Assembly (NCBI GenBank): GCA_963663035.1
Contig: OY760074.1
Location: 1,536,001 to 1,600,000 of the forward strand
Direction: 5' to 3'
Origin: Acidobacteriota bacterium
Lineage (GTDB): Bacteria > Acidobacteriota > UBA6911 > RPQK01 > JADFOI01
Length of the DNA: 64,000 bases
Positions 31,205 through 41,265 of the stretch are shown here, one piece after another; within the stretch, counting starts at the first letter, position 1; the number at the start of each line of letters is the position of its first letter. The notes below the pieces were generated by a model that was given only the letters and a program-made list of their open reading frames with translations, was not told where the DNA came from and made no database searches. The position numbers were made by a program, and so were the translations under genes.

Positions 31205-31992
31205 TTCAGTGGAGTTCTTTGAGCTACCAGGACAAGATCGTAGGAAGTCCGGGGCTCATAATGCCCTCCTATCAAGTCCCCGTGAAGGGCCTGGATGCTG
31301 AAACCGGCATTCTCCAGGAGCGGGATCAGATCTTCCCGCCTCCAGCCGCGCAGTTCCACGATTCGGGAGCGAACGACCTCTACCGGAGGATCCGCTTGTG
31401 GGTCGTACTTCAAAGTGGTGGGGCAAAAGCGGACCCTGCCATCTTCCAGGGGTTCCATGAGTCGAAGAAAGACGATTTCACCATCCTCGTGCTGGCGGAA
31501 ACTCAGGGGAAGATGGCGAACCTTCCCCTCAAAGATGCGCTCGTAGTTGAGGATCTGAAAGAGGAAGAGACCTCCTGGCTCCATGACCCGGGCCAGCGAT
31601 GCAAAGGCCTCCTCCAGATCCTGGCGTCCCGTGAGATGAACCAGAACGTTGCCCAGGGAAAGGGCCACACCGAATTGGGTTTTCACCGCGTCCCCCACCT
31701 GCTGAATTTCACCCAGGACAAAGCGTAAATTGGGGGGAAGAGGCTGCTTCTGGGCCTTGGCCAGCATGGCCTCAGAGCGATCCAGTCCAACCGCTTCAAA
31801 TCCCTCCCCGGCCAGAAAGCGGCAGTGCTCGCCCGTCCCGCATCCCAGGTCGATCACGGACCGGGTGGGGGCTTTTCCCAGGACCTCCGTGAGAAAGGGC
31901 GCCTCGCGGCGAATTCTTTCCGGCCAGGCCACATAGCGTCGATAGTCTACCCGCGAATAGAGATCATTCTCAGAAGCCGGTTTCTCGCTCAT
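31201..31992 (-). CDS. Class I SAM-dependent methyltransferase
   Basis: VIDLGCGTGEH, GLDRS..ML, SLGN...HL, MEPGG. Confidence 0.88.
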   Translation of the reverse strand: MSEKPASENDLYSRVDYRRYVAWPERIRREAPFLTEVLGKAPTRSVIDLGCGTGEHCRFLAGEGFEAVGLDRSEAMLAKAQKQPLPPNLRFVLGEIQQVGDAVKTQFGVALSLGNVLVHLTGRQDLEEAFASLARVMEPGGLFLFQILNYERIFEGKVRHLPLSFRQHEDGEIVFLRLMEPLEDGRVRFCPTTLKYDPQADPPVEVVRSRIVELRGWRREDLIPLLENAGFSIQALHGDLIGGHYEPRTSYDLVLVAQRTPLK

Positions 31993-33038
31993 CGATTCTT
32001 GAAGATGTCTTTGGGAATCATCCCATGGATTCCCTTGGTCCTGTCCACGTTCTGAGTCACGTGGTAATCCACCGCCAGGCTCGAAATCATGAAAGCCTCG
32101 TTGCGGGTGAGATGGGGAAAGCGTTCCACCAGAAAGTCGATGGTCTCTCGCACAGCGATCTTCATGCCTTCATCCAGGTCTTCATGCAGTCCCATCACTA
32201 TCCAATGGGTGGGCATCTCACCGCGGGGCCATTTCAGGCTCATGTCCTTGCGCACAAAGAACTGAAAGCGCCCCCGCAGCCCCGTTTCCAGGGCGTTGAC
32301 GGAAACTTCCCCATGCCCCTGAACGGCATGGCCGTCCCCGGCTGAAAAGAGGGCTCCTTTGGTGTGCACAGGAATGTACAGGATCGTGCCCCTTCCCAGG
32401 TCTTTGTTGTCCAGATTTCCGGCGTGCACACCGGGGGGACCGGTGCTGATGCGTCCCGCCGCCAGCACCGGCGCCACGCCCATGGAACCGAAAAAGGGAT
32501 TGTCCAGGGGGATAATCACTCCCTCGGCCGCTTCAGTCGTCTTATTCTGAAGATCGACGCGAAGAATCTTCTCCCAGCGCTCAAACTCTCCCGGCAGCGT
32601 CCCCGCTCGAGGGCTGAGTCGACTGTAACCAAAGGTATAGGCCAGTTGCACATCCAGAATCCGCACTTCCAGGACGTCGCCGGGTTCGGCTCCATTGACG
32701 TAAACAGGACCCACCATGATGTGAGAGGCCGGGCCCCGATCGGTCACCTTGAGATAGATGTCACGGTAGTCCTGTGACATCTCCTCAGATGGAATCCCAA
32801 TCTTATCCATATCAGCCGGATCCAGGCGGGGAACATCTTCCATAATCACGATGTCGCCCGGTTCGATCCTCAATACGGGCTCTATGTCGGCACTGAAGTG
32901 CCCCCAGTGTATGGTCTCAGGACTGGCCTTGAGCTCGTAAACTTGCTGAGCCAGCACAACTGCCCCAGACGAACTCAAGCTGAATAATCCGACGGTGGCT
33001 GAAATCACAGTGAGAATGGCCAGATTCTTTCTACCCAT
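31989..33038 (-). CDS. Acetamidase/formamidase family protein (signal peptide)
   Basis: HWGHF, H..VGPVYVNGAEPGD.LEV, PPG.HAGNLDN, GDGHAVQGHGEV...ALE. Confidence 0.9.
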   Translation of the reverse strand: MGRKNLAILTVISATVGLFSLSSSGAVVLAQQVYELKASPETIHWGHFSADIEPVLRIEPGDIVIMEDVPRLDPADMDKIGIPSEEMSQDYRDIYLKVTDRGPASHIMVGPVYVNGAEPGDVLEVRILDVQLAYTFGYSRLSPRAGTLPGEFERWEKILRVDLQNKTTEAAEGVIIPLDNPFFGSMGVAPVLAAGRISTGPPGVHAGNLDNKDLGRGTILYIPVHTKGALFSAGDGHAVQGHGEVSVNALETGLRGRFQFFVRKDMSLKWPRGEMPTHWIVMGLHEDLDEGMKIAVRETIDFLVERFPHLTRNEAFMISSLAVDYHVTQNVDRTKGIHGMIPKDIFKNR

Positions 33039-33105
33039 TGAACCTCCTCCCTCGAGTTGCAGGTACTATTTTTGCCAAATCTTAGACCTTTGAGGGGTTA
33101 AAGGC

Positions 33106-33300
33106 AATGGGAGAAAGGAGGCAGGGAGATAGGAGTCAGGAGGTAGGAGGCAGGAGATAGGAGATAGGAGGCCCGCAGGCTAAAGCCTGCGGCTCTGACA
33201 GAGTTAACGAGGCTCAGACAGAGTTGAGGAGTTTCAGACAGAGCCGTGGGCTCTTGCCCACGGGCCAGGTGTCAGTGGTCAGCGGTTAGTGGTCAGCGTT
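33106..33300. repeat. Mosaic of heptamer repeats and REP-like hairpins
   Basis: AGGAG.. heptamers, CCGCAGGCTAAAGCCTGCGG and CCGTGGGCTCTTGCCCACGG hairpins (same as inside MITE B), GTCAGTG/GTCAGCG heptamers. Confidence 0.75.
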
Positions 33301-33303
33301 TCC

Positions 33304-33391
33304 TGGTGCCGGAGGCGGGATTCGAACCCGCACACCCTTTCGAGCGCCACCCCCTCAAGATGGTGTGTCTGCCAAGTTCCACCACTCCGGC
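33304..33391 (-). tRNA. tRNA-Leu (GAG)
   Basis: Reverse complement GCCGGAGTGGTGGAACTTGGCAGACACACCATCTTGAGGGGGTGG...GGTTCGAATCCCGCCTCCGGCACCA; long variable arm; conserved position after secG. Confidence 0.97.
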
Positions 33392-33399
33392 ATGAAAGT

Positions 33400-33810
33400 C
33401 TATGGGTTTGCCCCCGAACCCTCCTCGGCTGCAGGCTCCGAAGGTAGCGGGTCGGAGGGCTGCTCAGCGGAGGGTAGCTCGTCTGTAGGTGCGGCAGCGG
33501 GAGCTGTTGACGGCTCTGTCGTAGACTCTAGCGGGACCTCCTCCGGTTGAGGAATCCCCTCCAGGACCGTTCCCCTGGTGCCCTGAGTCATCATGATGGC
33601 CAAGCTCAGCGAGGTGATCATGAAGAGAACCGCGCATATCGTGGTGGCCTTGGTGAGCATAGTGGCCGCTCCCCGTGCACCAAAAGCGGTCTGACTTCCT
33701 GTGCTTCCAAAGGTGGAAGCCAGATCTCCCGCCTTACCTGACTGTAGAAGCACCACCAGGATCAAAACCAGTGAAGCCACAATATGAAGAGAGATGACGA
33801 GTACAAGCAT
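33400..33810 (-). CDS. secG: Preprotein translocase subunit SecG
   Basis: LVVLLQSGKAGDLASTFG...TAFGARGAATMLTKAT. Confidence 0.93.
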   Translation of the reverse strand: MLVLVISLHIVASLVLILVVLLQSGKAGDLASTFGSTGSQTAFGARGAATMLTKATTICAVLFMITSLSLAIMMTQGTRGTVLEGIPQPEEVPLESTTEPSTAPAAAPTDELPSAEQPSDPLPSEPAAEEGSGANP

Positions 33811-33887
33811 GTTGGACTAATTAAACACTGACCGCTGACCGCTGACAAGAGGGTCACCTGGCCGGGTGACGTTTTAGTTGCTTCGGC

Positions 33888-34655
33888 TCAGGCGCTCTCC
33901 TGGACAATTCTAGCAAACGATTGTGCATCCAGACTGGCACCACCAACCAGAGTTCCGTCGATATCCTCCTGAGCCATCAACTGAACCACATTCTCCGGCG
34001 TGACGCTCCCTCCATACAGGATGCGCATATGAACCGCAATTTCTTCAGAACAGTGATTGGTGAGCCAATTGCGAATCATCTGGTGGACACTCTCGGCCAT
34101 TTCGGGGGTCGCTGTCCGACCCGTCCCGATGGCCCAGACCGGTTCATAGGCAATGATGATACGGGATGTCTGGGGGTCTGTCAATTGGCGCACGGCCCGT
34201 TCTAACTGGCCCACAACCACATCCTCAACCCGGTCCGCCTCCCGCGCCTCCAGAGATTCACCGATACAAAGGATGGGGATCAGATCGGTGGTGAGAACTT
34301 TCTCAAGCTTGCGTTGAATCATCTCGTCAGATTCATGGAAAGAGTGGCGGCGCTCGGAATGTCCGAGGATGACATACTGGCAGCCGCAATCCAGCAACAG
34401 GGGAATGGAGACTTCTCCGGTAAAGGCCCCCTCATCCTCCCAGTGGACATTCTGGGCGCCCAGTTGCACCGCACTGTCTTTGAGAACCTCGTGAACCGCA
34501 GACAAGGCGGTAAAAGGAGGGCAAACGAGGACTTCCACTGCTGAAGGATCACCGATCAACTTGAGGATCTCTCGAACGGTGGCCTGAGCCTCATCACGAG
34601 TTTTGAACATCTTCCAATTTCCTGCAACAACGGGTTTTCGACTTTCCTGGTCCAT
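33888..34655 (-). CDS. tpiA: Triosephosphate isomerase
   Basis: AGNWKM, GAFTGEVS, GHSERR, AYEPVWAIGTG, LYGGSV, LVGGASL. Confidence 0.98.
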   Translation of the reverse strand: MDQESRKPVVAGNWKMFKTRDEAQATVREILKLIGDPSAVEVLVCPPFTALSAVHEVLKDSAVQLGAQNVHWEDEGAFTGEVSIPLLLDCGCQYVILGHSERRHSFHESDEMIQRKLEKVLTTDLIPILCIGESLEAREADRVEDVVVGQLERAVRQLTDPQTSRIIIAYEPVWAIGTGRTATPEMAESVHQMIRNWLTNHCSEEIAVHMRILYGGSVTPENVVQLMAQEDIDGTLVGGASLDAQSFARIVQESA

Positions 34656-34660
34656 CCTGT

Positions 34661-35869
34661 TTACTCCTTCGTGCCTCGCTTGGTTAAAATCTCCACTCCG
34701 GGAAGTGTTTGACCCGCCAAAAACTGCAGCGAGGCGCCTCCTCCCGTGGAGACATGAGAGATCTGATCCTTCACACCGGCCTTGACCAGAGCTCCGATAG
34801 AGGCTCCGCCACCCACCACGGACAAGGCCGTGCTTTGGGCAACCGCCCTTGCGATCTCAACTGTCCCGCGGGCAAACTCATCGATCTCAGAAACACCCAG
34901 CGGGCCATTCCAGATAATGGTCCGGGCTCGTGCAATCTCCTTTTGAAACTCCTCAATCGTCCCAGGACCGATATCCAGACCCATCCAATCCTTCTCGATG
35001 CCACCGGCTTCCACAATTTCTGTCCTGACATCGGGCTGACACTTCCGGGCTACCACATTATCCACGGGAAGCCTCAGAGCCACTCCACGGGATTCCGCGC
35101 TCCGGATGAGCTCCCTGGCTACTTCAAGCTTCTCAGTCTCGACAAGGGAACTTCCGATGGTCTTTCCCTGAGCCTTAAAAAAAGTAAATGCCATTCCTCC
35201 ACCAATCAGAATCGTGTCGGCAAGACCGAGGAGATTCCTGATCAGTTCTATTTTGTCAGAAACCTTGGCTCCACCCAAAATCGCCACCACCGGATGCTGT
35301 GGGTGTAAGAGAACTCGGGATAGATATTCCAGCTCCTTTCTCATCAGCAAACCTGCCGCCCCTCTTCCCAGAATCTGAGGAATCCCGACCGTGGAGGCAT
35401 GGGCGCGGTGAGCAGCGCCGAAAGCATCGTTGACATATTCCTCGGCCCAGCCTCCCAGCTGACGAGAAAAGTCAGGGTCGTTTTGGGCTTCCCCTTCGTG
35501 AAATCTCAGGTTCTCCAACAGGAGTATGCGGCCCGGCTGGAGCGCCATGACCCTCTCTTTGACCTCGCTTCCGATGCAGTCCTGGACGAATGCCACTTCC
35601 TGATTCAAGAGTGTGGAGAGTGCATCGGCCACAGGCCTCAGGGAAAATTCCTGGCGACGCTCTCCCTTGGGTCTCCCCAGATGGGACGCCAGTACGATGC
35701 AGGCCTTCCTTTCAGCGGCCAGCTCGATGGTAGGCAACACTGCCCTGATGCGAGAGTCGTCGCTGACCCTGCCTTGTTTTATGGGAACATTAAGGTCCAC
35801 CCGGACAAAGAGACGCTTCTGCTCAAGATCGAGGTCCCCAATGGAGAGTCTGGAAAAGGTGTCCGCCAT
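34661..35869 (-). CDS. pgk: Phosphoglycerate kinase
   Basis: RVDLNVP, SHLGRPKG, LLENLRF, NDAFGAAHRAHAS, GGAKVSDK, HVSTGGGASL. Confidence 0.97.
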   Translation of the reverse strand: MADTFSRLSIGDLDLEQKRLFVRVDLNVPIKQGRVSDDSRIRAVLPTIELAAERKACIVLASHLGRPKGERRQEFSLRPVADALSTLLNQEVAFVQDCIGSEVKERVMALQPGRILLLENLRFHEGEAQNDPDFSRQLGGWAEEYVNDAFGAAHRAHASTVGIPQILGRGAAGLLMRKELEYLSRVLLHPQHPVVAILGGAKVSDKIELIRNLLGLADTILIGGGMAFTFFKAQGKTIGSSLVETEKLEVARELIRSAESRGVALRLPVDNVVARKCQPDVRTEIVEAGGIEKDWMGLDIGPGTIEEFQKEIARARTIIWNGPLGVSEIDEFARGTVEIARAVAQSTALSVVGGGASIGALVKAGVKDQISHVSTGGGASLQFLAGQTLPGVEILTKRGTKE

Positions 35870-35905
35870 GCGTGGATTCCGGATGCTGGATTCTGGATTC
35901 TTCTG

Positions 35906-36913
35906 TTAAAGCTTTTTCCCGATGAATTCGGCTAACTCCACGACACGACTCGAATATCCCCACTCGTTATCGTACCAGGCCAGGACCTTGACCATGTTGT
36001 CGCCCAAGGTTTTGATGAAGGGACCATCCACAATGGCCGAATGGGGATCTTTGGTGAAATCGGAAGAAACGAGGGGTTCATCGCTGTATGCCAATATCCC
36101 CTTCAATTGAGCTTGGGCAGCTTCGCGAAAGGCATCTTTGACTTCATCGTCCGAGACATCCTTTTCCAGGGTAGCCGTCAAGTCGACCAGGGATACCTTC
36201 GGTGTGGGGACCCGAATGGAAATTCCATCCAGCTTTCCTTCTAATTCAGGAAGCACCTGGGTCACGGCCAGTGCGGCTCCTGTAGTGGTGGGAATCATGG
36301 AGAGAGCGGCTGCGCGAGCTCTCCTCAGATCTTTGTGGGGGAGATCCAGAATACGCTGATCAGTGGTGTAGCTGTGAATGGTCGTCATGAGACCCTTGCG
36401 GATTCCGAAGTGCTCATGCAAGACCTTTGCAACAGGTGCCAGGCAGTTGGTGGTACAGCTGGCATTGGAAACAATAGAGTGCTGGCCTGGATCGTACTTC
36501 TCCTCATTGACCCCCAGGCAGACCATCAGGTCCTGGTCCTTGCCAGGCGCACTCACAATGACCTTTTTTACCGAATCGCGCAGGTGCTTGGCGGCATCCT
36601 GGCGCTTTCGAAACAGCCCGGTGGACTCTATGACGATCTCCGCTCCGGCTTCACCCCAGGGGATCTGCCCGGGATCCCTTTGGGCAGAGACTTGGATCTT
36701 TCTTCCCTCTACGGAGAGAGAGTTTTCATCGTAAGTTACCTCAGCTGGCAATCGCCCATAGATGGAATCATATTTCAGCAAGTGGGCCAGGGTCTTTGGA
36801 TCCGTGATGTCATTAATAGCCACAATCTCCACTTGAGAATCGGACTCCATTGCAGCCCGAAAGACATTGCGCCCGATCCGTCCAAAACCGTTGATTGCTA
36901 CCTTTGTGGCCAT
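35906..36913 (-). CDS. gap: Type I glyceraldehyde-3-phosphate dehydrogenase
   Basis: VAINGFGRIGR, SNASCTTNCLAP, WYDNEWGYS. Confidence 0.98.
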   Translation of the reverse strand: MATKVAINGFGRIGRNVFRAAMESDSQVEIVAINDITDPKTLAHLLKYDSIYGRLPAEVTYDENSLSVEGRKIQVSAQRDPGQIPWGEAGAEIVIESTGLFRKRQDAAKHLRDSVKKVIVSAPGKDQDLMVCLGVNEEKYDPGQHSIVSNASCTTNCLAPVAKVLHEHFGIRKGLMTTIHSYTTDQRILDLPHKDLRRARAAALSMIPTTTGAALAVTQVLPELEGKLDGISIRVPTPKVSLVDLTATLEKDVSDDEVKDAFREAAQAQLKGILAYSDEPLVSSDFTKDPHSAIVDGPFIKTLGDNMVKVLAWYDNEWGYSSRVVELAEFIGKKL

Positions 36914-36999
36914 TTCTTCTCCATTTTCTCGGCGCCGTTCTCTCCCTGAACTTGGAGAGACCTTTATATCAGCAGGATCAGACTGAAACAAGACATGAG

Positions 37000-37932
37000 T
37001 TAACCGTCCTGCCGGTAGGGATCACTGCCGTCCGGCTGGGTCTGAAAGCGCCGGTGTCCCCACAACCAGCAGTGGGGGTACTCACGGATGACCTCTTCGA
37101 TTTTTCCATTCACCAGGGTCATGGTCTCCCTGATATCCTTCTGGGAATCACCGCTGCTCACCACCTCTATGGGGGGATAAAAACGAATGATGTAGTGGCC
37201 ACGGCGGTGGCCTGGGAAGATAAAACCCACCACAATCGGCATCGAGGTCTTCAGGGACAGAGCGGCCACGCTGGAATTGGTCGAGGCTGGGTGACCGAAG
37301 AGGGGAACGTAAACACCTTCCTTCTCCTGGCTGTTCTGATCCAGAAGAAACCCCACATCGCCACCCTCCCTGAGAAGCTTGAGGATTTGTCGCACAGATC
37401 CCTGTTTGGCGATGACCTGATTGCCGGACTGCGTGCGCAAACGCGTGACCCAGCGCTCCAGAAAAGGATTATCCAGGGGGCGCACCACAAAACTGAGAGG
37501 ATGCCCGTAAAGCGCATGAGCGACAGGTAAAAGCTCCCATGCGCTGATATGAGCAGTGAAAAAAAGCATGGCCGGATGGCGCTGTCGGGCATCGAGATAA
37601 TTTTCCAGTCCACGGTCTGCCTCATAGCGAACCCGCCTCTTGACTTTCTCTGGGGTTAGACGATGCAGGCGGCTCAGCTCGACCACATGGTCTCCCAACT
37701 GTTGAAAGCTTTGCCGAAGAATCCGCTTCTTCCAGTGCTCATCTCTCTCAGGAAAAGCGATGCTCAAATTGATCATCCCAATGCGGCGATGTTTCTTATC
37801 CAGGAGGAACACCAAAGCCGCCAGCCCTTCGCAAACAGGATAGGCCAGAAAGCGCGGCAGCACTCCAATGAGCGCGAAAAACACCCGAACCAGAGCATAG
37901 ATCAAACTGTCGAGTGTTCTGGTCAGGGGCAT
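37000..37932 (-). CDS. lpxL: Lipid A biosynthesis acyltransferase (LpxL/HtrB family)
   Basis: NLSIAFPE, TAHISAWE, RPLDNP, FLLDQN, VPLFG, YP..WLWGHRRF. Confidence 0.88.
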   Translation of the reverse strand: MPLTRTLDSLIYALVRVFFALIGVLPRFLAYPVCEGLAALVFLLDKKHRRIGMINLSIAFPERDEHWKKRILRQSFQQLGDHVVELSRLHRLTPEKVKRRVRYEADRGLENYLDARQRHPAMLFFTAHISAWELLPVAHALYGHPLSFVVRPLDNPFLERWVTRLRTQSGNQVIAKQGSVRQILKLLREGGDVGFLLDQNSQEKEGVYVPLFGHPASTNSSVAALSLKTSMPIVVGFIFPGHRRGHYIIRFYPPIEVVSSGDSQKDIRETMTLVNGKIEEVIREYPHCWLWGHRRFQTQPDGSDPYRQDG

Positions 37933-37940
37933 TTTGACCC

Positions 37941-38906
37941 TTAAGGCGAGTTCTCCGAAGAAATCTTCTCCAGCAGCTTTCCCCACGATTCCTGCTCTCG
38001 CTGGGGATCGACCAACGAGGAAAGTCGAGCACAATGCGATTGAAGGTCCTGGTAGAAGCTTTCGTCCACCTCAGCCTTTCGGAGCTGCCGTGCCAGAGCA
38101 CGGGTGTCTCCCAGGGGAAAATAGCCTGGGTACTTCTCACCCAGCGTGCCCATGAGGCCGGGAATCTGCGAAGCCACTACCGGCACCGAAGAAATCAAGG
38201 CTTCCGAGAGAACATTTGAACTCCCTTCCATTCGGGAGGTCAGAGCCACCAGGTGGCTGCCAGCCACCAGGCGGCGGGTCTTTCCATAGGGAAGAGCCCC
38301 CATCCAACGATAACGTGGGTTGCTCTGAGTTTCTTCGAGTGCTTTGTTCTCCATCCCAGGACTGAGCGCCTCTCCCACCTGCAAAATCTTGATCCGCGAA
38401 GAGGCGGGGAGGCGTCGACTGGCCAGAGCAGCACGAAACGGATCCTTTTCAGGCCTCAGATTTCCCACCACACAGACTCGAAAAGAGCCCTTGGGAGGGG
38501 AGGGTTTGCCCGGAACCGGTTCAGCAGATTGGTAGATGACGAAAGTTTTCTTTCGGACAGCGGCGGAGAGCTCCCTCAGCGCCTGCTCCTGCAACGCGAC
38601 CACATGGGTCGCCAGCTGGAACGACTCTCGGACCTCAGGTCTGTGGTGAAGATCACGATAAAGATCCGTCCCCGTGAGCACCACCACCAGAGGCTTGGTG
38701 GGATGCTCTTCGCGAAATCGGCGAATCGAGTCAAAGCTCTTGACAGCGTGCAGCGCAATCAGGAGATCACAGAAGTCCCCATCAAAGTGGCGTCCGACGG
38801 TGGCCCGATGTCCGAGTCGCCTGAGCATTCGCGCCCATCGGCGAGCCGTCACCCGGTTTCCGTCCAATAAGGCTTTCGGTGTCGGTGTGACCAGTCTGAT
38901 TTTCAT
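37941..38906 (-). CDS. senB: Selenosugar synthase SenB (TIGR04348-type glycosyltransferase)
   Basis: VTP.......GNRVTARRWA, IALHA.KS, VVLTGTDLYRD, R.EKDPF, SRMEG.SNVLSEA; directly downstream of senA. Confidence 0.88.
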   Translation of the reverse strand: MKIRLVTPTPKALLDGNRVTARRWARMLRRLGHRATVGRHFDGDFCDLLIALHAVKSFDSIRRFREEHPTKPLVVVLTGTDLYRDLHHRPEVRESFQLATHVVALQEQALRELSAAVRKKTFVIYQSAEPVPGKPSPPKGSFRVCVVGNLRPEKDPFRAALASRRLPASSRIKILQVGEALSPGMENKALEETQSNPRYRWMGALPYGKTRRLVAGSHLVALTSRMEGSSNVLSEALISSVPVVASQIPGLMGTLGEKYPGYFPLGDTRALARQLRKAEVDESFYQDLQSHCARLSSLVDPQREQESWGKLLEKISSENSP

Positions 38907-40219
38907 TTTATAGTGTCTCGAGCAGCGGTGCGAAATCCAGCCAATATATCGCGCCGGTCAGGAGTCTGGTAATTGCGCCATGTGTTGTGGACAAGCCGCG
39001 ATCGAGTCGTCCAGCAGCCACCACGCATCACCTTGCGTGTGCCAAACCAGGGCTCAGAGTAATCCTTATAGGGATCCACCACGAAACCGGGGTAGGGCAA
39101 AAAGTCGTTGGCGATCCATTCCCACACGTTTCCGATCATCTGGCGGCAGCCCGAGGGGCTGTCACCCTCCTTCAGCGCTCCTACCTCCACACATCCTCCG
39201 GCTTCCCAGTCCAGGTTGGCACGTCCACTGGTGGGCGGCTCATCACCCCAGGGAAAGCGCCTCTTAGCCTCACTGATTGTCCCGTCCGATTGAAAGCTTT
39301 GCGAAGCCGCCATCTCCCACTCGGGCTCACTCAAGAGACGCCGTCCGGACCAGTTGCAGTAGGCCTCCGTTTCATACCAGTTGACATGAATCACGGGAAG
39401 ATTTTCCTCCAGGCGGTGGAACTGGTTGAAGTGACGACGCATCCACTGGTTTGCGGATTCACGCTTCCAGTAGACAGGGTGCTGGGCATCGGCCTGCTCA
39501 CGCCAGCTCCATCCAGGCTCACTCCACCATTCCCGGCGCTGATATCCCCCCTCCTCCACAAAGACTGCAAACTCAGCATTGCTCGTGGCCGCCCGTGCCA
39601 CTCGAAAGGGCTTGACCTGGACAGGATGGCTCCACTTCTCATTGTCGAAAACGAAAGGCATCTCGGGCGTTGACCCTAAGGGAAATGTCCCCCCCGGGAC
39701 TTCCACATCACCGGAGAGAGGTCCCCTCTCCTCTTGAGAGGCGGCTTTCTCCTCCCTATCCTGAGCCCACAGAGGAGGTGGGAAATAGTTGAGGGTCTGT
39801 CTTGTGTGGGTGAACGCCTCATCGTGCATATCTTCGTGAAAGAGTGCCAACCGATAAAAATAGGCCTCCTCTTCCGTCTTGGGTGATTGCAGGGCCTCGA
39901 TGATGCCAGAGAGCACCTGCTCCATGTAGCGAAGGGTCTTCTTCCGTGAGGGAAGAGGCAGGTCCCAGCGCGTATCGTGAGCCACGGCCATGGAATCGTA
40001 GAGCCGATCCCCATCCTCTCGAATCGGTTCCTTTTTTAACAAATGACGGAGTGTCCATTTTTCCTGAAACCAGGCCACATGTCCGATCTCCCAGAGAAGC
40101 GGATTGACAATATCAAGACGGGGTCCCATCAGCTGCTCATCCGACAGATCCTCCACCAGTGCCAGGGTTCGAGAACGAGCTTCCTTCAACTGATCAATCA
40201 AATTCGCTGAAATACTCAT
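38903..40219 (-). CDS. senA: Selenoneine synthase SenA (EgtB homologue, DinB + FGE-sulfatase)
   Basis: VNPLLWEIGHVAWFQEKW (HxxWFQE rather than EgtB HxxHxxWF), LYDSMAVAHDTRWDLPLP, FHEDMHDEAF, FDNEKW, GNVWEW, RGG. Confidence 0.85.
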   Translation of the reverse strand: MSISANLIDQLKEARSRTLALVEDLSDEQLMGPRLDIVNPLLWEIGHVAWFQEKWTLRHLLKKEPIREDGDRLYDSMAVAHDTRWDLPLPSRKKTLRYMEQVLSGIIEALQSPKTEEEAYFYRLALFHEDMHDEAFTHTRQTLNYFPPPLWAQDREEKAASQEERGPLSGDVEVPGGTFPLGSTPEMPFVFDNEKWSHPVQVKPFRVARAATSNAEFAVFVEEGGYQRREWWSEPGWSWREQADAQHPVYWKRESANQWMRRHFNQFHRLEENLPVIHVNWYETEAYCNWSGRRLLSEPEWEMAASQSFQSDGTISEAKRRFPWGDEPPTSGRANLDWEAGGCVEVGALKEGDSPSGCRQMIGNVWEWIANDFLPYPGFVVDPYKDYSEPWFGTRKVMRGGCWTTRSRLVHNTWRNYQTPDRRDILAGFRTAARDTIK

Positions 40220-41265
40220 TGCGATCTCTCCACCTGACGTTTCAACAACAGCAATGAAAACCACTCCTGGGGATCGGTAAAATGTGCGATCGATTCCAGA
40301 CCGATGAGTTGAAAGTGCTGCTGAAGTTCAAGGGGCTCAAACTTACGACTGATTTCGACGAGAATCTCCTCCCCTTCCTTCCACAAGAACTCCGATTTCA
40401 CAGGAGGGAGATCTATCTTCTGATCTGAGGTGGAGACAGCGTACATTTCCATCTGCTGCAACTGGAGATTATAGAAAGAGTGGTAGCGCATTTTCGCCAG
40501 GTCGAAATTGCTACCCATCACCCGATTGATGTTCTCAAAGGCGTTTAAAATGAAATCGGATGTCGTTCCTTCAGAATCGTTGTAGGCCTTTTCCAGAGTC
40601 TCCACTCTTTTGTCACGATCTACACCGAGAAGCAAGAGATCATTCGAGCCCATGCATTCCCTGAGCAGCCGAAAGAAACGCATGAAATCGGACCGATCAA
40701 AGTTGCCCACACTGCTTCCCAGAAAGACGAAAAGTGTGGGAAGGCTTTTCTCGATACTGGAGATCCCCTTCTCGTAACGAGCACACAATCCATGAAAGCC
40801 CAGTTGGGGAAACTGCTCATTGACCGAGTCCCTCGATTCAATCAGAGCCGTCAGACTCACGTCAATGGGAACAAATGTCCCTCCGCCCAGTTGTCTGACT
40901 TGTTCGCTCAGAAGATGGACCGTTTTTTTGGAAAAACCTGCGCCCAACTCCACCAGACATTCCGCTTCAGTCAGGGCAATGATCTGTTTCGCCTCCTTTT
41001 CAAGGATGGCATCCTCCGTACGGGTCAGGTAATACTCGGGAAGAGCGGAGATCTTCTCGAACAAGTGGGAGCCTCGCTCATCGTACAAAAACTGAGGCTC
41101 TATGTGGCGGGGCTGGTCGAGAAGTGCCCTGGCGATGGATCGCGCCACATCTTCCTCAGGGGTCTCGGAAGTCAGTGCCCAGATTGAAGGATCGACAGGA
41201 TACCAACGCTCCAGCTGGGCAGATGAGAAAATCTCAGGTGGACTTTCTATCTTTTGATCTCTCAT
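40216..41265 (-). CDS. egtD: L-histidine N(alpha)-methyltransferase EgtD
   Basis: FLYDERGSHLFEKI..LPEYYLTRTE, ELGAG..KKT, FLGSSVGN, GVD, AYNDSEG, EISRKF; ATG overlaps the symporter stop. Confidence 0.9.
   Translation of the reverse strand: MRDQKIESPPEIFSSAQLERWYPVDPSIWALTSETPEEDVARSIARALLDQPRHIEPQFLYDERGSHLFEKISALPEYYLTRTEDAILEKEAKQIIALTEAECLVELGAGFSKKTVHLLSEQVRQLGGGTFVPIDVSLTALIESRDSVNEQFPQLGFHGLCARYEKGISSIEKSLPTLFVFLGSSVGNFDRSDFMRFFRLLRECMGSNDLLLLGVDRDKRVETLEKAYNDSEGTTSDFILNAFENINRVMGSNFDLAKMRYHSFYNLQLQQMEMYAVSTSDQKIDLPPVKSEFLWKEGEEILVEISRKFEPLELQQHFQLIGLESIAHFTDPQEWFSLLLLKRQVERSQ

Noticed and set aside
33106-33300. Repeat cluster considered as a CRISPR array (also 47469-47525)
   Set aside because: No constant repeat with unique, regularly sized spacers, and no cas genes
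37000-37932. lpxL as part of the selenoneine pathway (8 bp after senB)
   Set aside because: Ordinary lipid A acyltransferase motifs; adjacency is most simply operon context leading into gap-pgk-tpiA
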